The notes under the pieces were generated by a model, which ran no database searches, was not told where the DNA came from, and saw nothing but the letters and a program-made list of their open reading frames with translations. A DNA stretch of 46,227 nucleotides, taken from the NCBI GenBank assembly GCA_964012805.1, contig CAXGUD010000029.1, positions 1 to 46,227 on the forward strand. The letters run 5' to 3'. A program made the translations under genes and the position numbers. Below are positions 9,570-18,031 of the stretch, piece after piece. Each line of letters opens with the position of its first letter. Within the stretch, counting starts at the first letter, position 1. The DNA is from an uncultured Bacteriovoracaceae bacterium (GTDB lineage: Bacteria; Bdellovibrionota; Bacteriovoracia; Bacteriovoracales; Bacteriovoracaceae).

Positions 9570-10862
9570 ATTAAACTCAAACTAAGCCCCTTTTTCTTAT
9601 TTTTAGCATTAGTCATAAATTTTAACTTATCCCAAGCTGCAATATGGGATAGTAAAAACAAATGGAATGAAGATTGGGAAAAAAAATACAGCCAATGGTT
9701 TGCAAGTGAAAAGGTAAAAGTGAATATTTTTACAAACGAAAATAGCCAGTATTTTGGCCTTTGGGGTGACTGTGCCGATATAATTTATTATTTTAGAGCT
9801 ATATTTTCTAAGAATCATGGCCTTCCCTTTGCCATTATTAATCCTTTAAAAAAAAATCCCACCTTATTATCCAATGAAACAAAGTCTTTTGATCATTTAC
9901 CAAAAGACTCTAGGTTTAAAGCTTTTATGAACGTTATTTCTAAGTTGGCAGGCACTTTTCATTTGGGCGCTAATGAAACTTATCCAATAAAAATTAATAA
10001 AATAAGGCCTGGTGATATCTATATCTTTCAGTTAAGGACAAGAAAGAAAAGAAAAATTATAAGACACGCCATGGGGATAAAAAAAATTCATCCTAATGGA
10101 ACTATGGACTATATATACTCCTCTCCTAGAGTAAAAATAATCAATGAGCTATCTGAAAAAAACCAAAGTAAAAAGTCTGACCTAATTTACAAAAAAATGC
10201 AGGATCCCCTTTTTGCACCAAAAAATAAACTTAGGGGTTTTCGTCGATTTATTTGGCCTAGACACCTCCTAAAAAGAAGAAAAATGAATATTCCTCTGAA
10301 AGATTCATGGTTCCAACAATCAAAAGTGGCCAATTCTTGGGGGGAAGATAAATTCCTTAAATACGTCAAAAAGACATTAACAAAAAAGAAAGAAAACATA
10401 GAGACTACTCTTAAAAGAAAAGTTAACGATTTATGCCAACTTACTAATCAAAGGATAGAGGCAGTTCAGGAGGCATTGGATTATAAATATAAAATTAAAG
10501 GAAGGTGCTTTAACTATCGAGAATATGATATTTACTCCTCTCCAATGATGGACTATGTTTTAAAAAAGAACTTCAATTATCTTAAAAATTTATGGACTAA
10601 AAAAGAAAGAGGAATAAAAGATAAAAAGACCTTATCGACCATTAAAGCTATATTTAGTAATAAAAATGAGGCCTCCCGAGAGCTTTATAGCATTTGCCCC
10701 GTCAAAGTAAGTAATCAAAAAAAAGGAAATCTAAACCTAGGCCAGGTATACTATAGATTAAAAAGAGGTCTATTTTCCTCAAACCCAAACCACTCCCTTA
10801 AAAAAAGATGGGGAATAAACAATTTTCCAGGTTCTAAAGCAAAGTGCAAAACATACTATTGA
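9570..10862 (+). CDS. Secreted NlpC/P60 or papain-like Cys hydrolase candidate, probable ATT start
   Basis: The frame is open upstream of GTG 9720 as far as TGA 9510. ATT at 9570 follows AAGGAG (9558-9563) and gives the signal peptide IKLKLSPFFLFLALVINFNLSQA|AIW. DCAD, IRPGDIYIF and RHAMGI motifs follow. Confidence 0.7.
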   Translation: MKLKLSPFFLFLALVINFNLSQAAIWDSKNKWNEDWEKKYSQWFASEKVKVNIFTNENSQYFGLWGDCADIIYYFRAIFSKNHGLPFAIINPLKKNPTLLSNETKSFDHLPKDSRFKAFMNVISKLAGTFHLGANETYPIKINKIRPGDIYIFQLRTRKKRKIIRHAMGIKKIHPNGTMDYIYSSPRVKIINELSEKNQSKKSDLIYKKMQDPLFAPKNKLRGFRRFIWPRHLLKRRKMNIPLKDSWFQQSKVANSWGEDKFLKYVKKTLTKKKENIETTLKRKVNDLCQLTNQRIEAVQEALDYKYKIKGRCFNYREYDIYSSPMMDYVLKKNFNYLKNLWTKKERGIKDKKTLSTIKAIFSNKNEASRELYSICPVKVSNQKKGNLNLGQVYYRLKRGLFSSNPNHSLKKRWGINNFPGSKAKCKTYY

Positions 10863-11092
10863 ATCAGTTTAGGCGGTGGATGACTTGATTCCAGTTTCTT
10901 GATTTTTCCTTCATCCTTCAGAAAAATTTGGCCTGATTCGATTTCTTTGATTTCTGCCTTAGTAAAAAAGGGTTCGTCTTTTTTATAAAACTCAAAGTTA
11001 TTAAACAAACTGAAAAATACTGCTTCCATTAGATATATAAAGCCAAAGAAAAAATCCAAGACGCTGTTTGAAACTTTTTTTACCATCTCCAT
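10856..11092 (-). CDS. Small hypothetical membrane-associated protein
   Basis: Hydrophobic N-terminal half and charged C-terminal half. The start is uncertain (11146, 11092 or 11086) and there is no clear SD. Confidence 0.4.
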   Translation of the reverse strand: MEMVKKVSNSVLDFFFGFIYLMEAVFFSLFNNFEFYKKDEPFFTKAEIKEIESGQIFLKDEGKIKKLESSHPPPKLIQ

Positions 11093-11636
11093 TAGCTTTA
11101 CCCAAATAACGTAAATAAGACACAAAATGTTATTATACTTTAACATTAATTCACATTTATTAACGTTTTAGCTTTTTTTTTTAATATGGTTTGATCTTAT
11201 AGATAAAAGTTATTGAGTTGATCTATAAAATTTCAATAACCTATAATGGAATATATTTTTAGGTCTTCTCAGTTATACTTTTCTTATCATGTGATACCAA
11301 AAATAGTGGGCTCAATAAAATTTGATTATAAGCTCATAAATAGCTTGAGGGTAAATACTTTCTACAGCTATAACTTTAAAGATCTTTTAGGAAATTTTTA
11401 CATTTAAAATTAATACATAATTTCAGCTACTTAGTTGAAGTTATATATTCATTTTAGACAACAATTAATTAAATTATTTTTTTTATGTTTCTGCTATCCT
11501 TTTTAATTTTTTTGAGCTAAACAAGTTATGCTGTTCTGAAAGGTCTACACCGCGCTTTTTTAGTTGCGTGCCTAAATTGTAGTTAAACAAAAATAACATT
11601 TAGGTTCTAGCTAATCATCAACGAGGTGGTGTTGAA

Positions 11637-12161
11637 ATGAAATTCATTTTTTATCTTCTATTTATTTTTATGGCGCCCAATGTATTTGCCTCTCTCTCTG
11701 GTAACAAAACTCCTATTGGACGAATTGACCTTTCTATATCCTTAGAGGCAACTTCCTTGGAAAGTAATATTCAAATTGTCCAAAAAAAGTTAACTAAAAA
11801 TGAGGTCACACTTTCTGAAGCTATCAAAATTGCTATTTCTAGTTTCAAAAATGATTATGATGAAGGGAACCAATCTCCTCTTGATATAATTTTGGAAAAG
11901 TCATTTGAAAATTACCTAGAAGGCCTATCCAGTGATAGAGAGCTGACAATATTTGCAAAATCGGAGCTAAATGGACTCCTTCTTTCAAAAGGTACAAGCC
12001 TTATCCTTGTTAATGAAAAAAGAACTGGAGAAGAACTAGGCTTCAACCCTTCAAGGAACTGGGTTTTTGAGCTTAAAATTCCTTCCATAAGAAGCTTCAC
12101 TTTTTGGTGTGTCGTCAACAAATACGGGGATGAGAAGCCTTATACGTTTGGAGAAAACTAA
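11637..12161 (+). CDS. Secreted hypothetical protein
   Basis: GAGGT SD, signal peptide ending VFA, and C-terminal NWVFELKIP...FWCVVNKYG...YTFGEN. Confidence 0.8.
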   Translation: MKFIFYLLFIFMAPNVFASLSGNKTPIGRIDLSISLEATSLESNIQIVQKKLTKNEVTLSEAIKIAISSFKNDYDEGNQSPLDIILEKSFENYLEGLSSDRELTIFAKSELNGLLLSKGTSLILVNEKRTGEELGFNPSRNWVFELKIPSIRSFTFWCVVNKYGDEKPYTFGEN

Positions 12162-12298
12162 ATAAGTTAAATTTATAATTCGAAATAACAACGTATAATT
12201 TCCAGTACCTAGTAGAAAAACTATCATTATGTCCTATTTTGAGATAGCTTCCAGAGGCGTTGGAAACGTTAAACCCAAACTCTGGAGCACGGTTAAAG

Positions 12299-13636
12299 AT
12301 GGCACTTTTGCGTATATTTATTTTTCTTTTCCTTATTCCTTATCTCTCTTATGCCAAAAGTATCACTGAAATAGCTCCTTTCAACTACGAAGTTGTTTTT
12401 ACTAATCCAAAATGTAAAAAGCATTTCTATAAAAAGCCTCTTATCAATTCATATGGCCAAGAAATACATTTTAAAACAGAAGGTGCTTACTGCACTCCAA
12501 GCGACAACTCAGCTCTAAATAAACAGAAAGGTAACCCACACGATAAAATAATTAAGTGGATAAAAGAACCATCGACTCAAGAAGTCTTTATGACTTACTT
12601 ATCTTTTTCAAAGTCTTCCGTTATAAAAGAGCTTTGTAAAGCTGTTAAAACAAGAAATTTAAAGCTGACCATTTTGATTGATGAAAAAAATAGAGAAAAT
12701 CAAAAAAGAATGAACAAAGTGCTTAAGCTAAAGAGTTGTATAAACAGCAACCTAGACAAGCCTAGCACACCAGTTGTTCTTACTGGCGGTCATCAAGGGG
12801 AGGGTGATAATCAAACTGGCTACGCCCACACTAAGCTTATTTTAATTAACCCATCTTCTCCAGATCAAGTTAAGATTGTTTTCTCAAGTGGGAATATGTC
12901 AAGTGGTACTACGAGCCACCATGAAAACTGGCACTTTCTAACCACTCATAGAAATACATATTTTTTTCAAGCCCATTTATGCTTAAAAGAAGGGCTTCTC
13001 AAGCACCAGTCATCAAAATCAAGTTTCATTACATTTATGTCTGATTGCCAAAAGCAAATTAAGTTACCACCTGAAGACGATTTGAAAGTTTTTTTCATTC
13101 CTGGAGATGGAAGGAAAGCAATGAAGAGCTTGCATCAAGAGTTTAAAAAATCTATTGATGTAAAAATGGCGGCACACCGATTTTCAAATGGAAGCATAAT
13201 TAGGGCCATAAAGAAAAACTTAGAGAGAACTAACTTTCAAGCAAAGATTATAGTTGATGACGATATTTACTGGACAGGGTTGCTCCAAACAAACATTGGT
13301 AGAAATACGCTCTACGAATTTGAAAAATTAACGATGCTAGAATCGCTTGGACTTAATATTAAATACCTTGAAACTTTCGCGGACAATATTGAAAATCCTA
13401 AATCCATACAATTACAACATAACAAGTTTCTTATTTTTACTAGAGAAGACCATAACGGAACCGTTTTTACGGGAGCTGGAAACCTGACGGGAGCTGCATT
13501 CTATAAAAACTTTGAAAATTTTTATTTAATTTCTATTCCTGAAGTACATCAAAAATTTTTAAAGCAGTATGACTACCTTTCCTCTCTTAGCCGATCCTCC
13601 AAAGAACTTCCTTTAAAGCTTGAACTTCCTTGGTAA
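12299..13636 (+). CDS. Secreted two-domain phospholipase D/nuclease superfamily enzyme
   Basis: HTKLILIN...SGNMS...HENW and HNKFLIFT...AGNLT...NFEN. The signal peptide starts at ATG 12299 (the ORF track starts at TTG 12260). Confidence 0.85.
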   Translation: MALLRIFIFLFLIPYLSYAKSITEIAPFNYEVVFTNPKCKKHFYKKPLINSYGQEIHFKTEGAYCTPSDNSALNKQKGNPHDKIIKWIKEPSTQEVFMTYLSFSKSSVIKELCKAVKTRNLKLTILIDEKNRENQKRMNKVLKLKSCINSNLDKPSTPVVLTGGHQGEGDNQTGYAHTKLILINPSSPDQVKIVFSSGNMSSGTTSHHENWHFLTTHRNTYFFQAHLCLKEGLLKHQSSKSSFITFMSDCQKQIKLPPEDDLKVFFIPGDGRKAMKSLHQEFKKSIDVKMAAHRFSNGSIIRAIKKNLERTNFQAKIIVDDDIYWTGLLQTNIGRNTLYEFEKLTMLESLGLNIKYLETFADNIENPKSIQLQHNKFLIFTREDHNGTVFTGAGNLTGAAFYKNFENFYLISIPEVHQKFLKQYDYLSSLSRSSKELPLKLELPW

Positions 13637-13651
13637 AAAAGAAGCCTTTAT

Positions 13652-14050
13652 TTAATCATCATTTCCAATAATCTTATCAATTAAGTGCCTAAGACTAAGG
13701 GCCTTATTTGATTTTTCTACCCAGAAAGAATTAGAAATTATCTCCTGGAGCTTAGAAAGAGATCCTTCACCTGGTGGGTTTGCAGAACACATAATGAATG
13801 GAACCCCCTGAGTTTTCCCTTGATTAACAATTTCCTTGGCAAATTCTAAACCACTCATTTCAGGCATCTCAAAATCACATATTATAAGGTCAAATTTTTC
13901 ACTGCTAAGTATTTTTAAAGCATTAATACCACTATCCGCTTCAGTAACATTAAAGCTTTTGAGAAAAGTTTGAAGAAGAAGCCTTTGAGAGTGAGAATCA
14001 TCGATTATTAAAATGCTTAATTTTTCATCACCAGCTCTATCATTTTCCAT
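13652..14050 (-). CDS. Single-domain response regulator (CheY-like)
   Basis: IIDDS, phospho-Asp in ICDFEMPEMSG, CSA, and the conserved Lys in EKS. Confidence 0.88.
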   Translation of the reverse strand: MENDRAGDEKLSILIIDDSHSQRLLLQTFLKSFNVTEADSGINALKILSSEKFDLIICDFEMPEMSGLEFAKEIVNQGKTQGVPFIMCSANPPGEGSLSKLQEIISNSFWVEKSNKALSLRHLIDKIIGNDD

Positions 14051-14299
14051 CTAGAATACCCAAAACTTACGAGGGTCGATTAGAATATTTACATCCCCCG
14101 ATAATAAAAGACCTTTACTATTATAAACTGTTAACCAAAATTTATCATTAACAGTAATTAAAATGCTTATATTTCCTATTGTTAAAAGTATTGCTAATTT
14201 AAATTAAAATTTCAGTAAAAGAAGAATTACTTTTATCCGAAGGACAGCCAAAGCCATTTACCGCTGTCAACTGAGGTCTTAAAAAGGGAATTCCAACTT

Positions 14300-14554
14300 A
14301 TGAAAAAAGATGAATTAATAGACACAGTTAAAGAAATTTGCGATGAAAAAGGAACTAAAATACAAGGTTTTGTGTTTTTAAGAAAGAAAAATACCGAAAT
14401 CTTCTGGATTGAGAAAAAAGGTTTAGAAGGGTTTATAAAAAAGAAAATTAAACTTGAACCTTTCGAGTTTTCATATCAATTAACCTTATCACTTGTCGTC
14501 CCATTTAACTCAAGAGATGGGAAGCTTGACTTTGATACCAGCCAAATTGTCTGA
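14300..14554 (+). CDS. Small hypothetical cytoplasmic protein
   Basis: ATG with an AAGGGA SD-like element and plausible composition. No family recognised. Confidence 0.6.
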   Translation: MKKDELIDTVKEICDEKGTKIQGFVFLRKKNTEIFWIEKKGLEGFIKKKIKLEPFEFSYQLTLSLVVPFNSRDGKLDFDTSQIV

Positions 14555-14668
14555 AAACCCCGTATCATTTACCAAAGTGCGAACAAAAAGCGTGCAAAAC
14601 TCACAATTAGTTGATAGCTTGGCAATACTTGACGGAGCGATACTGCTTCGCATCACAGCGGAACCACC

Positions 14669-15091
14669 ATGTCTGACACAACTCTTCCAGAAGGACCCAA
14701 AAGCGTAGATAACAAAGTACTACCTTTTAAAAAAATTTCTGTCGAGAAGGCCATCGAAAACATATATAATACCGTTTCAAAGAAAATACCGTTAAAGTAT
14801 GAGACCGTAGAAGACAAGAAAGTAATAAAAGTTCCACAAATAAAAGGTAACCACCTAAGCGAGTTTGAAAGCATCATTAGAGAGAACATAGAAAAATCCA
14901 AAGCGAAAGGTTTTACCTGGGAAGAAACTGAGAAAAGGCTTCAAGGAATTATTGATTTTATTATTCCTGTATTTAGAACGAATACCCTAAGATTAGAGGA
15001 TGAAGAAATCAAAGAGAAAGTAAACTTCGAAGAATATAATGAAATTTGGGAGAAAATTAAAAAAGAAGAAAAAGAAAAGATTCTTCAATAA
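14669..15091 (+). CDS. Hypothetical charged helical protein
   Basis: 140-aa K/E-rich ORF with genome-like codon usage. No family recognised. Confidence 0.65.
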   Translation: MSDTTLPEGPKSVDNKVLPFKKISVEKAIENIYNTVSKKIPLKYETVEDKKVIKVPQIKGNHLSEFESIIRENIEKSKAKGFTWEETEKRLQGIIDFIIPVFRTNTLRLEDEEIKEKVNFEEYNEIWEKIKKEEKEKILQ

Positions 15092-15139
15092 AGTAAAAAA
15101 GCCTAATTAAAAACGTACAAACTTAAGCTCTAAGCTAAG

Positions 15140-15718
15140 TTATAATTTGGCCCCACCCATATCACTCATAAGAAATATAAGCCCAATTTTTTTCATCATC
15201 TGAATTCCTAACCTGGAACTATTAACTGCTTTGAAAAAAGGAGTATCCTTCTCTTGAGGCATAATTCCAAAATCACCCAACATAGTTTCTAAGTCCTTAC
15301 TTTCTACCTTAGAAGACTTACAAAAATAATACATTAAGTAGATGTCTGAAATATCAAGACAGTCATGACCAAAAACAAAGTCCGACTCATCCTTAATAAA
15401 TCCCAAGCGAATTAGTGTTTTAATAAAAATAGTATTGACTTCTTTATTTAATACGAATGGCTTCTTTTGAAAGATCAGCCTATCCTCATGCTCTTTATAA
15501 AAAGATGAGAAATCATTAAATAGCCTTTTTAAGTTACTTTCTTCGCTATTTCCTTCCCAATGGTATTTCTCTTTTACGGTGTTACTTTGATAATCAATGA
15601 TACATGAGGTGAAGCTTTTAATATCGTAAGAGTATCCACGGTTTTCTTCTGACTCATTTATTTCATAATCTATGTGATAAGAGATAACTAAATCTGGGTT
15701 TTTATTATCTTTTTCCAT
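15140..15718 (-). CDS. Hypothetical protein, possibly a degenerate DnaQ-like (DEDDh) exonuclease fold
   Basis: The element order resembles DnaQ (ISYHIDYE / DIKSFTSCIID / LFNDFSSFY / CLDISDIY / DLETMLGDFGI), but the catalytic motifs are altered. Confidence 0.5.
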   Translation of the reverse strand: MEKDNKNPDLVISYHIDYEINESEENRGYSYDIKSFTSCIIDYQSNTVKEKYHWEGNSEESNLKRLFNDFSSFYKEHEDRLIFQKKPFVLNKEVNTIFIKTLIRLGFIKDESDFVFGHDCLDISDIYLMYYFCKSSKVESKDLETMLGDFGIMPQEKDTPFFKAVNSSRLGIQMMKKIGLIFLMSDMGGAKL

Positions 15719-15758
15719 TTTTTTTTCCGATTTTAAGACTTATAAAGGTTATAAAGAC

Positions 15759-15785
15759 TATTCGTCTTAATTTTTTAAAAATATA
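15759..15785 (-). promoter_or_regulatory. Possible sigma28 promoter for the 15140-15718 gene
   Basis: Minus strand TATA-N15-GACGAATA. Confidence 0.3.
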
Positions 15786-15892
15786 GGCTTAAAAAGTCAC
15801 TTTTTTAACTGACTATTTAATTCTTAAATAGCTTTTTTTTTAAAACAAATTTTCCTCCTTAAGACCCTCATTTTTTCCTTTAAAATAAGCCT

Positions 15893-17089
15893 ATGAAGAC
15901 TTCTTTCCACAAAGCCTGCATTTTATTAGTTTTAAATCTTTTTTTAAACACCAACGACCTTTATTGTATTGAAAAAATTTTTTCGGAACACTACAAGGTT
16001 CAAGAAGGAGACGATTTAGAAAAAATAATCAGGAAAAAAATCTGGTTTAAAAATATAAGCCAAGAGGAAAAAAAGAAAATTATTAGCGATATGAAGAGAT
16101 GGAACCCTCAGGTAACAAATTGGAAAAAACTAGAACTCGGATCCAAATTATACCTTGAATTTCCAAGAAAGTGGTCAAGGGAATTTCCTCTTATTACTAT
16201 TCCTATGAAAAAGCTTGCCATAAAAAGCACAGACTTAAATAAAAACTATCTATCTCAAGACAAAGAAAAAAATAAGGAACAGACAGAGAAAAATCAGAGA
16301 TTACCATCGTCTGAATCCATTAAAAAATATTCTGATACGAAAATCGTTTACCAAAAAAACCCATATAATTTTGATTTATCTTTAGGAAGTAAACTTTTTT
16401 ATTTTGAAGAGCCTGTTACAAATAGTGGAAGTAAGATTACACAAACTAATATCGTTTATGACCTAGACTTTAAGTTTGATTATCCTATAAGCGAAAAGTT
16501 CAAATTCTTTTTTAATTTAGGTGGTTCTTATTACCTCAATGACGAATGTAAAAACTCTGACGAAATTGAGGGTTACTGTAACCCGGTTGTTACTTATAAA
16601 TTCCCACTATCTTATTCTCTCAAAGCTGGTCTTAAAAAAGCTCTCTTTTCAAGTACTTTAAAACAAGGCTTTTCAGGACTATTTACGATTGAAAGAGAGG
16701 GTCTCTCTTACATTTCATCGAATAAGGCAGTACTTTCAACTACAGTACTTGAAAGGGATGGAGCAACCCTATTAAAACCAAATAAATCATTATTTTTGTG
16801 GTTCACACTAGGTTTAGACTATAATTTTTCAATTTGGAATAAGCTATCCCAACTTTCTGCTTCAGGTTCATATTGTCTTTCAGGCGAATCAGTCCTCAAT
16901 ACCACTGGTGAAGGTGTGAATGGAGGATACTGGGAAAGACTAGAACCTTGCTTTAAAATAAATGGTGAATACAAACAATACCTTGGCAAAAATTTTTGGT
17001 TCAGTTCTTATATTAAATATATTAGTGCCAAAGGTATGTTTACTTTTACAGGTATTCAAAATGGGCTTAATTTAGGTTATACATTCTAG
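15893..17089 (+). CDS. Outer-membrane protein with an N-terminal LysM-like domain and a C-terminal beta-barrel
   Basis: YKVQEGDDL...WNPQV...LELGSKLYL is a LysM pattern. Amphipathic strands end in the beta-signal GLNLGYTF. Confidence 0.75.
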   Translation: MKTSFHKACILLVLNLFLNTNDLYCIEKIFSEHYKVQEGDDLEKIIRKKIWFKNISQEEKKKIISDMKRWNPQVTNWKKLELGSKLYLEFPRKWSREFPLITIPMKKLAIKSTDLNKNYLSQDKEKNKEQTEKNQRLPSSESIKKYSDTKIVYQKNPYNFDLSLGSKLFYFEEPVTNSGSKITQTNIVYDLDFKFDYPISEKFKFFFNLGGSYYLNDECKNSDEIEGYCNPVVTYKFPLSYSLKAGLKKALFSSTLKQGFSGLFTIEREGLSYISSNKAVLSTTVLERDGATLLKPNKSLFLWFTLGLDYNFSIWNKLSQLSASGSYCLSGESVLNTTGEGVNGGYWERLEPCFKINGEYKQYLGKNFWFSSYIKYISAKGMFTFTGIQNGLNLGYTF

Positions 17090-17430
17090 CCCTTTTTATT
17101 GTTTTTTTTATACTGTACACTCTTTAAAAAGTTTTAGAATAGAAAGATAAGATTTTTTAGTATAAAAGCTCAGTCCTATTTCAAAAAGAAAGCTTTTACT
17201 AAAGTCTCTTTTTAATTTTGAATAATCTTTATCATTGAAAACCCTTATCACCAGTAAATCCAAACCATTCTATTTCAGTAGGCTCAAAAACAAAATCGGA
17301 GCATAAATTTGCAACTTATTTCAAGTGCGATGGGAACTTTCTTTATCAAGTAATTTTATTTAGTTAGTTATCAATTAAATACATTGTATTGTAAAAATGC
17401 TTCAAGAATTAAATTAAATTGAGTTCTGGT

Positions 17431-17466
17431 CGTCTTTATTTTTAACACCTGTCCAATCACTTAACA
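17431..17466 (+). promoter_or_regulatory. Putative tandem enhancer (bEBP upstream activating) sites
   Basis: CGTC-N7-TTAACA (17431-17447) and TGTC-N7-TTAACA (17450-17466), a TGT-N11-ACA type, upstream of a sigma54 box. Confidence 0.45.
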
Positions 17467-17505
17467 GACCAAACTCCATAACCACTTAAATTTACAACAA
17501 GAAAT

Positions 17506-17521
17506 TGGCACAAAATATGCA
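17506..17521 (+). promoter_or_regulatory. Sigma54 (RpoN) -24/-12 promoter
   Basis: TGGCACAAAATATGCA with exact GG-N10-GC spacing, about 45 nt upstream of ATG 17566. Confidence 0.75.
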
Positions 17522-17565
17522 CCTTTAAAGGTTAAAAACATTGTTACTTTTAGAGGATAAACTCT

Positions 17566-17937
17566 ATGAAAATTACAAAATATCTGGTCCTTTTAATTCT
17601 TTCTACCATCTTTTTTGGAATCAATTCCTCTGCTGGAGAAGTAGATATGAACCTAAAAACCAGAGAAGCCTTTTCTAAACAGCTTAATGAGTGGGTTTTG
17701 AAAAATAACCCTAACTTAAAAAAGAATCTTGAGAATAAGTTTCAAAAAAATAAAGAACAAATCTTAAAGCACTTTGGTAAAAGACAAATCAATGAGAGTA
17801 TCCTCACAACTTTTTCGATTTTTTCCCAAGCAGTTATTAAAAAACAAATTAAATACCAAAAAATTATTAATAAAAAAGAACTTTCAATTAACTTAGAAGA
17901 GGATAATTTATCCTTAGGAGTTAAATTTACTTACTAG
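17566..17937 (+). CDS. Small secreted hypothetical protein with a C-terminal beta-signal-like end
   Basis: GAGGA SD, signal peptide ending SSA, and C-terminus LSLGVKFTY. Confidence 0.75.
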   Translation: MKITKYLVLLILSTIFFGINSSAGEVDMNLKTREAFSKQLNEWVLKNNPNLKKNLENKFQKNKEQILKHFGKRQINESILTTFSIFSQAVIKKQIKYQKIINKKELSINLEEDNLSLGVKFTY

Positions 17938-18031
17938 AATTAAATTTGAAATATTCAAATCCGAGTAATGCGATGGATAGCAATAAAGTTTAAGGCCATA
18001 AGATTATTATAAACTTTTATATACCAGGGAA

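Noticed and set aside
11246..11407. 53-codon ATG ORF in the intergenic region, and the nearby GTTATTGA/TCAATAAC repeat
   Set aside because: No SD and no recognisable features. An 8-bp AT-rich inverted repeat can arise by chance.
9627..12121. ORFs 9627-9818, 10187-10399 and 11912-12121
   Set aside because: Antisense to longer motif-bearing genes.
14300..14340. HU-like N-terminus (MKKDELID)
   Set aside because: The HU/IHF signature (GFGxF, RNPxTG) is missing.
14493..14901. ORFs 14493-14708 (+) and 14653-14901 (-)
   Set aside because: They overlap better ORFs out of frame or antisense.
17298..17313. Sigma54-like GGAGCATAAATTTGCA
   Set aside because: GG-to-GC spacing is 11, not the required 10.
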